From positions 1 to 40,454 of the forward strand of contig JAZRRU010000077.1 of assembly GCA_045651025.1 (NCBI GenBank): a DNA stretch of 40,454 nucleotides. Direction: 5' to 3'. Below are positions 8,697 to 18,230 of the stretch, one piece after another. The notes beneath the pieces were generated by a model. It was not told the origin of the DNA, made no database searches, and saw nothing but the letters and a program-made list of their open reading frames with translations. The translations under genes and the position numbers were made by a program. The DNA comes from Eubacteriales bacterium. Lineage in GTDB: Bacteria > Bacillota > Clostridia > Oscillospirales > CAG-382. Within the stretch, counting starts at the first letter, position 1. The number at the start of each line of letters is the position of its first letter.

Positions 8697-9977
8697 ATGA
8701 AGAAGTTGATTACAGTTATTCTTTGCGTGATTTTTTTGAGTTCCTGCACGGTTGCCGCTATTCAAGAGGAAAGCGATACAGTTCGGGAGGAAACGTTTTT
8801 TGTATCCGAGGTAATTTTTGAATCCGCTTCGGACGTGAAAATCGATGAAGAGAGCGAGATGCGAGGAATCTGGGTATCGCAATTTGACATGAAGCCGATT
8901 TACCGCGACGGAAACAAGCAGAGAAGTAAAGAAGATTTTACCGAAAAGGTAAAGGTTCTTATTTCAAATCTTAAGCGCGACGGGTTCAACACGGTTTTTC
9001 TTCAGGTGCGTCCGAACGGCGACAGTATGTATGAGAGTGAGATTTATCCCACGTCAAAATACATCGCAGGAGCTTACGGCGGAGATATCGGTTACGATGC
9101 GATTGAAATATTTTTATCGGTTGCAAAGGACAACGGAATTTCGGTTCACGCGTGGATAAATCCGTTCCGTCTCACAAGCGAGGACGAGCTTAAACAAGGC
9201 GGGTTCGGAAAGCTTTCCGAATGGTACAAAAGCTCGCTCGGACGTCGGATAAAGGTCGGAAGCAACGGGATTTTGTATCTTGATCCGTACTATGAGGAAG
9301 CAACGGAGCTAATCGTTTCGGGTGCGAGAGAGATACTTCAAAAATACGATTTTGACGGGATACATATCGACGACTACTTTTATCCGACGGAATTTGAGTT
9401 CGACGACGATTTTGAGTTCAAGGAAAGCGGATATAATGACAAAGGTGAATTCCGCAGAGACAACATCAGCAGAACGGTAAAGGCGCTTTATAACGCCGTT
9501 CACGAGTTTGATGGGAAATTATTCGGCGTTTCGCCGGCAGGTAACATCTATTCCCTGCCGAAAAAATGGTATGCAGACATACATAAATGGTGTGTGGAGG
9601 ACGGTTTCCTCGACTACGTCGTCCCTCAGCTTTACTTCGGGTTCGAGAACGCTGTTTGCCCTTTCATGAAAATAATCTCCGACTGGGAATCGGCGGTTAA
9701 AAACGAAAAGATTTCGCTCTATATCGGTCTTTCAGCCGCTAAATGCGCAAACGGGACAAACGGAATCGAAGACAAGTTTGCAGGAGAAAAAGGAAAATAT
9801 GAATGGCGAGACAACAAGGATATACTTGCAAGGTCAGTTAGACGAATTTATGAATCCAAAAACGCAAAGGGATTTGTCATATTCACTTATTCGTCATTTT
9901 ACGATCCGCTCACGGGAGAAGAAAATCCGCTCACACACGATGAAAAAAAGAACTTCGATATGTCAATTAAAAAGTAA
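8697..9977 (+). CDS. GHL10 (DUF187/YddW-like) glycoside hydrolase lipoprotein
   Basis: Signal peptide MKKLITVILCVIFLSS-C (lipobox); RGIWV, NTVFLQVRP, VHAWINPFR, DGIHIDDYFYP and DYVVPQLY motifs. Start moved from 8565 to ATG 8697. Confidence 0.85.
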   Translation: MKKLITVILCVIFLSSCTVAAIQEESDTVREETFFVSEVIFESASDVKIDEESEMRGIWVSQFDMKPIYRDGNKQRSKEDFTEKVKVLISNLKRDGFNTVFLQVRPNGDSMYESEIYPTSKYIAGAYGGDIGYDAIEIFLSVAKDNGISVHAWINPFRLTSEDELKQGGFGKLSEWYKSSLGRRIKVGSNGILYLDPYYEEATELIVSGAREILQKYDFDGIHIDDYFYPTEFEFDDDFEFKESGYNDKGEFRRDNISRTVKALYNAVHEFDGKLFGVSPAGNIYSLPKKWYADIHKWCVEDGFLDYVVPQLYFGFENAVCPFMKIISDWESAVKNEKISLYIGLSAAKCANGTNGIEDKFAGEKGKYEWRDNKDILARSVRRIYESKNAKGFVIFTYSSFYDPLTGEENPLTHDEKKNFDMSIKK

Positions 9978-10129
9978 AAACGACTATAAAATATACAATT
10001 TCAAACAAATTACTAATATTATTGACAAATTTCAAAAAAACGCGTTTTGTTTACAAACTGTTCATAAACAACCTTTTCATTTGTGATATTCTATTGTATA
10101 TTATTTTTTGAATTACTAGGGGTGCTTTT

Positions 10130-11368
10130 ATGAAGAACATCGAGTATTTGTACAGCGTCGATCCCGAAATTGCTTCGGCGGTTGACAGCGAGCTCAAGCG
10201 TCAGAAACGCAACATCGAGCTCATCGCAAGCGAAAACATCGTAAGCGAAGGAGTTCTTGCGGCTGCAGGTACTATCCTCACCAATAAATACGCAGAAGGT
10301 TATCCCGGACGCAGATACTACGGCGGTTGTGAAGAGGTTGACAAGGTTGAAGCCATCGCGATCGAAAGAGCAAAGAAGCTCTTCGGCGCTGAACACGCAA
10401 ACGTTCAGCCCCACTGCGGTGCAACCGCAAACCTTGCAGTATTCTTTGCTTTCCTTCAGCCCGGCGACACCGTTATGGGTATGAACCTCGCTCACGGCGG
10501 TCACCTTTCGCACGGTTCTCCCGTTAATATTTCCGGTAAATATTTCAACGTCGTTCCCTACGGCGTTGATTCCGAAACTCAGTTGATCGACTACGACAAG
10601 ATGGAAGAAATCGCGCTTGATTGCCAGCCCAAGTTGATCGTTGTCGGCGCAAGTGCTTACCCCAGAGTTATCGATTTCAAGCGTTGCCGTGAGATCGCTG
10701 ACAAGGTCGGCGCGATCCTTATGGTCGACATGGCACACATTGCAGGTCTTGTTGCCGCAGGTCAGCATCCCAGTCCTGTTCCCTACGCAGACGTTGTTAC
10801 CACCACCACTCACAAGACTCTCCGCGGTCCGAGAGGCGGTTTGATCCTCTGCAAAGAACAGTATGCAAAGCAGATCGACAAGGCAATCTTCCCCGGTACC
10901 CAGGGCGGTCCTCTTGAACACATCATCGCTGCAAAAGCTGTTGCTTTCGGCGAAGCACTTACTGATGAATACAAGGAATATCAGGCGCAGATTGTTCGTA
11001 ACGCAAAGGCGCTTGAAGCGGCGCTCAAGGAAGAAGGTTTTGACCTCGTTTCCGGCGGTACCGACAACCATCTCATCCTTATTGACCTTCGCAGCATGGG
11101 TGTTACCGGCAAAGACCTCGAGCACAACCTCGACGAGGTTCACATCACAGTTAACAAGAACGCTATTCCCGACGATCCTCAGAAGCCCACGATCACGAGC
11201 GGTATCCGTGTTGGTACTCCTGCGGTTACCTCGAGAGGTTTCAAGGAAGAAGATATGAAGACCATTGCAAAGCTTATTAAGCTTACTGCTACCGACTTCG
11301 AAAACAGCAAGGATTACATCATTTCCGAAGTTGACAAGCTTTGCTCTGCTCATCCCATCTACGAATAA
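10130..11368 (+). CDS. glyA: Serine hydroxymethyltransferase
   Basis: [32 protein letters not shown] lysine motif [14 protein letters not shown] and SGIRVGTPA. Confidence 0.98.
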   Translation: MKNIEYLYSVDPEIASAVDSELKRQKRNIELIASENIVSEGVLAAAGTILTNKYAEGYPGRRYYGGCEEVDKVEAIAIERAKKLFGAEHANVQPHCGATANLAVFFAFLQPGDTVMGMNLAHGGHLSHGSPVNISGKYFNVVPYGVDSETQLIDYDKMEEIALDCQPKLIVVGASAYPRVIDFKRCREIADKVGAILMVDMAHIAGLVAAGQHPSPVPYADVVTTTTHKTLRGPRGGLILCKEQYAKQIDKAIFPGTQGGPLEHIIAAKAVAFGEALTDEYKEYQAQIVRNAKALEAALKEEGFDLVSGGTDNHLILIDLRSMGVTGKDLEHNLDEVHITVNKNAIPDDPQKPTITSGIRVGTPAVTSRGFKEEDMKTIAKLIKLTATDFENSKDYIISEVDKLCSAHPIYE

Positions 11369-11374
11369 ATTTCG

Positions 11375-11788
11375 ATGACTATACGTTTTTATGACGTGCT
11401 TCCCGATGAAGCGAGAGATATAAGAATCGAAGTTTTCGTTGATGAACAGGGATTCACGGAAGAATTCGACAGCGCCGATCACACGGCGACACACATAGTC
11501 GGTTTTATCGGCGAAGAACCTGTCGCGACAAGCAGGGTCATCAAAATCAACGATACGGATTTCATTATAGGCCGTATCGCCGTCAGAAAGATGCATCGCA
11601 AAAAAGGCCTTGGTGCGGAAATCGTTTTCGCCGCCGAGGATGCGATCAAAGAAAAGGGCGGAAAAGTTGCGTTTATACACGCGCAGATGCAGGCAGTTCC
11701 TTTTTATGAAAAGATCGGGTACGCAAAAACGGGCGAAACCGATTTTGAAGAAGGATGTCCGCACGCTATGATGAGCAAAAGTTTTTGA
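11375..11788 (+). CDS. GNAT acetyltransferase (ElaA/YjcF-like)
   Basis: IRxEVFVDEQG, IGRIAV..HRKKGLG, HAQ..AVPFYEKIGY and EEGxPH motifs. Confidence 0.88.
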   Translation: MTIRFYDVLPDEARDIRIEVFVDEQGFTEEFDSADHTATHIVGFIGEEPVATSRVIKINDTDFIIGRIAVRKMHRKKGLGAEIVFAAEDAIKEKGGKVAFIHAQMQAVPFYEKIGYAKTGETDFEEGCPHAMMSKSF

Positions 11789-11793
11789 AAAAA

Positions 11794-11827
11794 TACTGCC
11801 GTTCGAAAGAAGCTTCGGACGGCAGTA
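11794..11827 (+). terminator. Hairpin, possible terminator after the GNAT gene
   Basis: tactgccgttcgaa / ttcggacggcagta stem, with a T tract a few nt downstream. Confidence 0.55.
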
Positions 11828-11857
11828 ATCATTTTTAAATTTATGAGGTGAAAAAAT

Positions 11858-12676
11858 ATGCAAATTGCTTTTTCAGGTAAACTCGGAAGCGGTAAATCCA
11901 CGGTATGCGGTATTCTCAAGGAGAAATACGGATATGAGATTTACAGCACAGGTACTGTTCAGCGCAAAATTGCAGAAGAAATGGGCATAACAACGCTTGA
12001 ACTGAACGTCAGAATGGCAAGCGATCCCGAGCTCGACCATATTATCGACGACACGGTAACAAAAATTTCTCGTGAGAGAAAAGGCGACAAGCTCATTTTC
12101 GATTCGAGAATGGCATGGCATTTTGCAGAAAACACGTTCAAGATATACATGTTCGTCGATCCCACGGTTGCCGCAAAGAGAGTCGTCGCGGCGGACCGCG
12201 GCAGCGTTGAAAAATACAGCAGCGTCGAAGAAGCGAGAGAGCTTCTTATCACGAGAAGCAAGGAAGAAAACAAGCGCTACAAGAGCATCTACGGCGTTGA
12301 CAACTTCGACTACAACAACTACGACCTCATTATTGACTCGACGTCGGCAACTCCCGAGCTCATCGCGGAAACCATCATCCGTGAAGCAAACGAGTTCGCA
12401 GAGGGCAAATACAACGGCACGAAGGTATTCCTTTCGCCTTACGTTATTTACCCCACTAAGAAGCTCGGCACGGACGACGGTGATGAGCTGAAAATCGTGT
12501 TGAACGACGGATATCATTATCTCTCGAGCGGTCACGCAAAGCTCTCGGCTCTTCAGCTCGGCGGTGCGTCCCTCGTCGAGGCATCTCTTGCGAACGAAGA
12601 TATTACATACGATCCAACCCTCGTTAATGAATACGAGCTTGCGGGCAATTTCAAATACGAAACCAAGCCGGAATAA
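11858..12676 (+). CDS. Cytidylate kinase-like P-loop kinase (archaeal-type Cmk family) with a C-terminal extension
   Basis: GKLGSGKST P-loop, STG..QR..A, D..ID, DSRMAWHF, RYK.IYG and YDLIIDST; about 90 extra C-terminal residues. Confidence 0.8.
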   Translation: MQIAFSGKLGSGKSTVCGILKEKYGYEIYSTGTVQRKIAEEMGITTLELNVRMASDPELDHIIDDTVTKISRERKGDKLIFDSRMAWHFAENTFKIYMFVDPTVAAKRVVAADRGSVEKYSSVEEARELLITRSKEENKRYKSIYGVDNFDYNNYDLIIDSTSATPELIAETIIREANEFAEGKYNGTKVFLSPYVIYPTKKLGTDDGDELKIVLNDGYHYLSSGHAKLSALQLGGASLVEASLANEDITYDPTLVNEYELAGNFKYETKPE

Positions 12677-12685
12677 GTTCATTTA

Positions 12686-12757
12686 TACGGATGCTTCGCA
12701 TCCTACAACCCTTCAGTCAAAACTTCCGGTTTTGCCACCTCCCCTTACACAGGGGAG
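12686..12757. repeat. 72-bp three-hairpin REP-like intergenic repeat, copy 2
   Basis: Ungapped homolog of 1576-1647 in the same orientation, 10 nt after the kinase stop codon, followed by ccgttttttt. Confidence 0.85.
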
Positions 12758-12792
12758 CCGTTTTTTTACAATTCCGAAATTAAGATACAAAG

Positions 12793-12823
12793 AAAAATTC
12801 GCCGAGTTTAACTCGGCGATTTT
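12793..12823. terminator. Terminator of ftsZ and the dcw cluster
   Basis: tcgccgagtt / aactcggcga inverted repeat flanked by A and T runs. Confidence 0.75.
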
Positions 12824-12833
12824 GTTATTTGAT

Positions 12834-13913
12834 TTATCTCTTGTTGAGCATGCTGAGGATATCGTCGATATCGGATGCTTCCTTGGGTGCTTCTTCAGAG
12901 GATGCCTTCTGAGCTGCTTCTGCCTGAGCCATCTGACGGCGAACGTCAGCGCCCTTCTTATCGGAATCGAAACCGGTAGCAATAAGAGTGATACGCATTT
13001 CGTCTTCGAGAGTGTTGTCAAATGCAGCACCGAAGATGATCGTTGCATCGGGCTGTGCTTCGTTGGTGATCATAGCAACAGCAGAGTCGATTTCGTCGAG
13101 TCCGATGTCGGGAGACGAGGTGATCTGAACTACGATACCCTTTGCACCGCTGATGTTGGTTTCGAGAAGCGGGCTGGACATAGCCATCTTTGCTGCCTGT
13201 TCAGCTTTATCCTTACCTTTTGCACCGCCAACGCCCATGTGAGCGAGGCCTGCGTTCGCCATAACAGCGGAAACGTCAGCAAAGTCAAGGTTAATAACAC
13301 CTTCAACGGTGATGAGCTCGCAGATGGACTGAACGCCCTTGCGGAGAACATCGTCAGCTTCCTGGAACGCGTTGAGGAAGGTGATCTTCTTATCAGTGAG
13401 AAGCTTGAGGCGTTCGTTGGGGATAACGATGAGAGAGTCAACGATAGAAGCGAGCTTTTCGATACCGCCTTCTGCCTGAGTCATACGGCGCTTACCTTCG
13501 AAAAGGAAGGGCTTCGTAACAACTGCAACGGTAAGGATATCGAGAGATTTAGCAATCTTTGCGATAACGGGAGCTGCACCGGTACCGGTTCCGCCGCCCA
13601 TACCAGCGGTGATGAACACCATGTCAGCGCCTTTGATTGCTTCGGTGATTTCTTCGATAGATTCGTCAGCTGCCTTTTCGCCGAGCTCGGGGTTTGCGCC
13701 CGCGCCGTGGCCCTTCGTGATACGGTCGCCGATAGCGATCTTCGAAGGAGCGCTCGAGCTCAAAAGGTTCTGAGTATCGGTATTAACTGCGATGAATTCA
13801 ACGTCAGCCGCATCGATAGAAGAAATCATACGGTTTACTGCGTTACCCCCGCCGCCACCGACGCCGATAACTTTAATAACAACTTTGTTAGGATCTTCAA
13901 CGATATTGTACAT
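12834..13913 (-). CDS. ftsZ: Cell division protein FtsZ
   Basis: [14 protein letters not shown], tubulin signature GMGGGTGTG and NLDFAD T7 loop; ATG 13913 preceded by GGAGG. Confidence 0.98.
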   Translation of the reverse strand: MYNIVEDPNKVVIKVIGVGGGGGNAVNRMISSIDAADVEFIAVNTDTQNLLSSSAPSKIAIGDRITKGHGAGANPELGEKAADESIEEITEAIKGADMVFITAGMGGGTGTGAAPVIAKIAKSLDILTVAVVTKPFLFEGKRRMTQAEGGIEKLASIVDSLIVIPNERLKLLTDKKITFLNAFQEADDVLRKGVQSICELITVEGVINLDFADVSAVMANAGLAHMGVGGAKGKDKAEQAAKMAMSSPLLETNISGAKGIVVQITSSPDIGLDEIDSAVAMITNEAQPDATIIFGAAFDNTLEDEMRITLIATGFDSDKKGADVRRQMAQAEAAQKASSEEAPKEASDIDDILSMLNKR

Positions 13914-13956
13914 TTTTGTACCTCCAGAATTGTTCATCTATTTTCATTCACTATAT

Positions 13957-13985
13957 ACTATAATATGTTTTTTTGCGAATTGCAA
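13957..13985 (-). promoter_or_regulatory. Internal sigma-A promoter for ftsZ
   Basis: Minus strand TTGCAA-17 nt-TATAGT in the ftsQ-ftsZ spacer. Confidence 0.55.
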
Positions 13986-14047
13986 GAGTTTTTTCGTTTT
14001 TTCTTTGAAAACATTACTATTTTTGATGTTTTTTCGTAATTTTCACG

Positions 14048-14836
14048 CTAACTTAACGCTACGGACGCTTCCTGATGGTTTGATACGTTTATCTTTCCCT
14101 TTGCGTTATCATCAAGCTGGTCGATGATTCCGGCGAGGAAGCGAATTTTCATATCGAGGTTTTCGATATCGCCGAGATATACCTCAAATCTATTTTCATA
14201 GTCAATATAGATATCGAATCGCGAGCGCATATCGACGGATTTGATCTTTTCTTTTATGAAATTCGATTCGAAATTTTCATAAAGAGTAATTACAGCGTCG
14301 AGCGTTCTTTTATCGACAAATTCGACCTGCGAGCCGACGATGCATTTTCTTACGTTATTTAGCTTTAATTTCGTGATTTCGGGAATCTCATCATTGTTAT
14401 AGATTTTTTCGAGCACCTTCAAGTCGGGTGACATTATATATGTTTCGCCCGCTACGTCTGCGGCATAGAAGGGTATTTCCTCGACTACGTTCACCTCGAC
14501 GGTTGTCGGAAGGTCGCGTTTTATTTCAACGTTCTGCACGTACGGCAACGTCTCTTCGATTTTTGCTTCGATATCGTTTCCGTTGAACGAATAAATGTTT
14601 GAGCCCTTTTCGATCGGAAGAAGCTCAACGATCTGCTCGTATGAATAATGTTCCGCGCCGTTCACCCTGAAGTCCTCGACTTTCAGAAACACAGCGGCAC
14701 AGACAGCCAAAAACACCAAAGATATGAACACAAGCAAAAACACATAAAAGACTTTTCTGCGGGTTCTTTTTCGTTCCTGACGTATCTGAGTGTCGTATAT
14801 CGTTGTGTTTCTACGTACGAATCTTTGCTGTCCCAA
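14048..14836 (-). CDS. ftsQ: Cell division protein FtsQ/DivIB
   Basis: Basic cytoplasmic stretch, single TM helix and POTRA-like region (V.G..HY...I....P.V..V.I.R.LP..V.V.V.E); lies between murG and ftsZ. Confidence 0.8.
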   Translation of the reverse strand: MGQQRFVRRNTTIYDTQIRQERKRTRRKVFYVFLLVFISLVFLAVCAAVFLKVEDFRVNGAEHYSYEQIVELLPIEKGSNIYSFNGNDIEAKIEETLPYVQNVEIKRDLPTTVEVNVVEEIPFYAADVAGETYIMSPDLKVLEKIYNNDEIPEITKLKLNNVRKCIVGSQVEFVDKRTLDAVITLYENFESNFIKEKIKSVDMRSRFDIYIDYENRFEVYLGDIENLDMKIRFLAGIIDQLDDNAKGKINVSNHQEASVALS

Positions 14837-14867
14837 GTGTTTTCACTTCCCTTCAGAAATGCTTTTT

Positions 14868-15971
14868 TTATTTCACCAAAGAAATTATTTCATCCGCAAT
14901 GCGGTCGACGGAGTCGGGCATGGCGAATTTTTTCACGCTTTCTTCCATGCGCTTGCGTTTGTTTTGATTCGAAACAAGCTCCGATACTGCATCGGTAAGA
15001 ATCATTCCCGTAACTTCGGACTCGCGGAGTACAATCGCGGCACCTGCATCGGCGAGGAGTTTTGCGTTTTTATACTGATGGTCCGCAGTTACGTTCGGGC
15101 TAGGTATAAACACGGTTGCTCTTCCTCTTATTGCAAGCTCGGAAAGAGTCATAGCACCTGCACGGCAGATAAGAACGTCCGCCGCCGCCTGATGGACAGG
15201 CATGTTGTAAATATATTCTTTTATCGTAAGATTTTGGGCTTTATCCAGTCCTTTTTCGGCCGCGATGGCGTTGAACTTTTCCAATCCGACTCTTCCGATA
15301 GCGTGGGTATGACGTATTTTTTCGGGGACGGAGTAATTCTCCATAAGGTAGAAGACAAGCTCGTTTACCTTATCCGCACCCATGCTTCCGCCGTAGGAAA
15401 GGATATAGGGCTCGTCTTCGGAAATGCCGAGGATTTTTCTTGCTTCCTCGCGGGTCATATTATCCACGATAACGGGGTTTCCGGTAAGAATGAGTTTTTC
15501 CTTCACATCGTCTTCAAAGAATTTTTCGCTTCCCGCAAAGGAGATGCAAACTTTATTTACGAGCTTTGAAAGCATTTTCGTCGTAACGCCGGGGAACGCG
15601 TTCTGCTCGTGAATGAGCGTCGGTATTCCAAGCTTTGCCGCCGCTTTTACAGTCGGCCACGAAGCGTAACCGCCCGTGCCGATAACAACGTCGGGATTGA
15701 ATTTCTTGATTATTCTTTTTGCCTCATAAACCGAGGTTACAGCGTGCCAAGCCGCTTTTAGGTTCTTCATCGTAAGACGGCGGGAAAATCCCGAGACTTC
15801 GACGAACTCGATCGGGTAGCCCGCTTTCGGGATGAGAGTGCTCTCGATTCCGCGTTCTGTGCCGATAAACATAATCTCAGTTTCGGGCATACGTTTTTTC
15901 AAGGTTTCGGCTATATTCAGTGCGGGGTTAACGTGGCCGCTAGTGCCGCCACCGCAAAAAATCACTTTCAT
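14868..15971 (-). CDS. murG: Lipid II GlcNAc transferase MurG
   Basis: GGGTSGHVNPA, GTGGYAS, HEQN, GNPV, GGSMGA, RAGAMTLSE and HQYKNA. Confidence 0.97.
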   Translation of the reverse strand: MKVIFCGGGTSGHVNPALNIAETLKKRMPETEIMFIGTERGIESTLIPKAGYPIEFVEVSGFSRRLTMKNLKAAWHAVTSVYEAKRIIKKFNPDVVIGTGGYASWPTVKAAAKLGIPTLIHEQNAFPGVTTKMLSKLVNKVCISFAGSEKFFEDDVKEKLILTGNPVIVDNMTREEARKILGISEDEPYILSYGGSMGADKVNELVFYLMENYSVPEKIRHTHAIGRVGLEKFNAIAAEKGLDKAQNLTIKEYIYNMPVHQAAADVLICRAGAMTLSELAIRGRATVFIPSPNVTADHQYKNAKLLADAGAAIVLRESEVTGMILTDAVSELVSNQNKRKRMEESVKKFAMPDSVDRIADEIISLVK

Positions 15972-15992
15972 AAAAACACCTTATTTCGATTT

Positions 15993-17216
15993 TTAACCGC
16001 GTTCTACAAGCGAATAACGCGAAATTGAAAGGACGATTCCCATTTCAGCAAGGAGAATAAACAGCGACGTACCGCCATAGCTGAAGAAAGGAAGACTGAT
16101 GCCCGTACTCGGGAATGTGTTCGTTACAACCGCCAGATTGAGAAGAACCTGAACTATAATCTGACAGGTAATTCCCATCGAAAGGAGTGCACAGAAGCGG
16201 TTAGTTGAATTTTTTGATATGTGATAGCCCCTATAGGCAAGAACCGCGAAAAGAGTGATTACACATATGACGCCGAAGAAGCCGAGTTCTTCGCTAAGGA
16301 TAGCAAAAATATAGTCGTTCTGCGGTTCGGGGAGATATCCGTGTTTTTGGTTACTCTGACCGAGCCCCAAGCCCCAGAATCCGCCCGAGCTTATTGCATA
16401 AAGCGACTGAGCCGGCTGCCAGCCCGCGCCGCCGGTCTCGGCAGACATATATGCAAAGGGGTCCTCAAAGACCATAAGACGCGGGAATATCTGCGGAACG
16501 AATTTCTCGAGCAGAGGCCGTCCTATCGAGAATGCAAACGCGATTGCCACACCAACAAACCCGAAGAGTGCGCCGAAGTAAAAGCTCTTTACACCCGAAA
16601 ACCAAAGCATTACTATACCGAGAAGGAAGATAATGATCGTTGCCGACATGTGGTTCTGTAAAAACGTTGCGAGGCACGCAGGCGCCGTAAACATCATTAT
16701 CGGCACGATACCCTTTTTCCAATCACGCATTTCATTCACGTGGTTGCTTATATACGTCGCACAGGCAAGCACAAGGGCAAATTTCAAAAACTCGGAGGGC
16801 TGGAATTCGATACCCATTACCTCGATCCAACGTTTTGCGCCTTTGTGGGTCTCGCCGAATCTCGGCACGAGAAAATTGACGATCAGCATACCGCCGTAAA
16901 ACATATAGGCAAGTCTTTTGTAATAAGCGTAGTCCACGCGCGAGAGAACAATCATGCCGGTTATTCCCAAAATAACCCAGCGAAGCTGGCTTCGCGCAAA
17001 ATAATAGGAGTCGTTAAAACGCGAATCACCCGCGGAATATGACGCGGAGAAAATCATGATCGAACCGATACAAACAAGCGCGATTACGACGATAAGGAGA
17101 GGTCTGTCTACCTCACCTATCATTCTGTATATTTTGTTTTCACCACCGGTCGGTCTGCTCTTTCTTTTCGGAGCAGGTGACGCGGTTTTTGCTTTTTGTA
17201 GGTTAGTAGAAGCCAT
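15993..17216 (-). CDS. ftsW: SEDS family peptidoglycan polymerase FtsW/SpoVE
   Basis: GAKRWI, FQPSEFLK, SGGFWGLGLGQS, LPEPQNDYIF..EELGF and TGISLPFFSYGGTS. Confidence 0.92.
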   Translation of the reverse strand: MASTNLQKAKTASPAPKRKSRPTGGENKIYRMIGEVDRPLLIVVIALVCIGSIMIFSASYSAGDSRFNDSYYFARSQLRWVILGITGMIVLSRVDYAYYKRLAYMFYGGMLIVNFLVPRFGETHKGAKRWIEVMGIEFQPSEFLKFALVLACATYISNHVNEMRDWKKGIVPIMMFTAPACLATFLQNHMSATIIIFLLGIVMLWFSGVKSFYFGALFGFVGVAIAFAFSIGRPLLEKFVPQIFPRLMVFEDPFAYMSAETGGAGWQPAQSLYAISSGGFWGLGLGQSNQKHGYLPEPQNDYIFAILSEELGFFGVICVITLFAVLAYRGYHISKNSTNRFCALLSMGITCQIIVQVLLNLAVVTNTFPSTGISLPFFSYGGTSLFILLAEMGIVLSISRYSLVERG

Positions 17217-17231
17217 GAAAACAATCCTTTG

Positions 17232-18209
17232 TTATTTGATCAAGAGATAATAAGCAAGAGTCGAGAAAATTACGGTTACTGCGGAAAAGACAGCAACTAT
17301 CTTTACCTCGGACCAATCGCATTTTTCGAAATGGTGATGTATCGGGCTCATTTTGAAGATACGTTTTCCCGTCAATTTGAAGGAGCCGACCTGAAGCACG
17401 ACGGACAAGCCCTCGATAACCCAGATAACGCTCACGGGGAGAAGGATAAATTCGTTCCCCGTCATCATCGCGAGACCGACGATAAAGCCGCCGAGGAAGA
17501 GCGAGCCCGTGTCACCCATAAATATCTTTGCAGGGTGGAAGTTGAACACAAGGAAAGCGAGCAACGCGCCGAAGAGCGCACATGCGGTCAAAGAAAATTC
17601 GAGAAGCTCGAAATTCAATCCATAGAGGAAGAACATTGCGGTTATTATCAAAGCGATGCTTCCCGCAAGGCCGTCGATGCCGTCGGTAAGGTTCGCGCAG
17701 TTGATTACATAAACGATAACCAAGAGCATCACGATATAATAGAAAATACCGAAGTCAACGTTGCTGCCCCAAGGGAATTCGATAACGGTATCTGCGCCGA
17801 AATAGCCGCGGAAAGCGAGATAACCCGCGGACGTCACAAACTGAAGAATCATCTTTTGAGACGCGCTGAGCCCTTTGTTGCGCTTTTTGAAGAGCTTTAC
17901 GTAGTCGTCCACGAAGCCGATAAGACCCTGCGAAAGTGCAAGAGCGAGAACGAGGATCACGTCGATCGTTTTTTCACCGAGGTCGAGGAAAATCAAGCCG
18001 ATTCCGAAAGCAACGAGGCAGGCGATAATGAATATTACGCCGCCGAGGTTCGGAGTTCCCTCTTTCGACTTATGCCATGACGGTCCGATCTCGAGGATCT
18101 TCTGACCTAATTTTACTTTTCGGAGAAGCGGAATAAAAATTTTGTAGAGTATTGCGCCGAGAACAAATCCAACAGCCGCAACAACGGCAAAAACAGTATA
18201 TAAATTCAT
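17232..18209 (-). CDS. mraY: Phospho-N-acetylmuramoyl-pentapeptide transferase
   Basis: KEGTPNLGG, GFVDDY, NLTDGIDGL, FNFHPAKIFMGDTGS and PIHHHFE. Confidence 0.97.
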   Translation of the reverse strand: MNLYTVFAVVAAVGFVLGAILYKIFIPLLRKVKLGQKILEIGPSWHKSKEGTPNLGGVIFIIACLVAFGIGLIFLDLGEKTIDVILVLALALSQGLIGFVDDYVKLFKKRNKGLSASQKMILQFVTSAGYLAFRGYFGADTVIEFPWGSNVDFGIFYYIVMLLVIVYVINCANLTDGIDGLAGSIALIITAMFFLYGLNFELLEFSLTACALFGALLAFLVFNFHPAKIFMGDTGSLFLGGFIVGLAMMTGNEFILLPVSVIWVIEGLSVVLQVGSFKLTGKRIFKMSPIHHHFEKCDWSEVKIVAVFSAVTVIFSTLAYYLLIK

Positions 18210-18230
18210 CGTTTTCTCCTTTTTTAACCG

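Noticed and set aside
10091-11863. 590-aa antisense ORF over glyA and the GNAT gene
   Set aside because: A shadow ORF from biased codon usage on the sense strand; it has no recognisable motifs.
12564-14039. 491-aa plus-strand ORF opposite ftsZ
   Set aside because: An antisense shadow that also runs through the repeat and the terminator.
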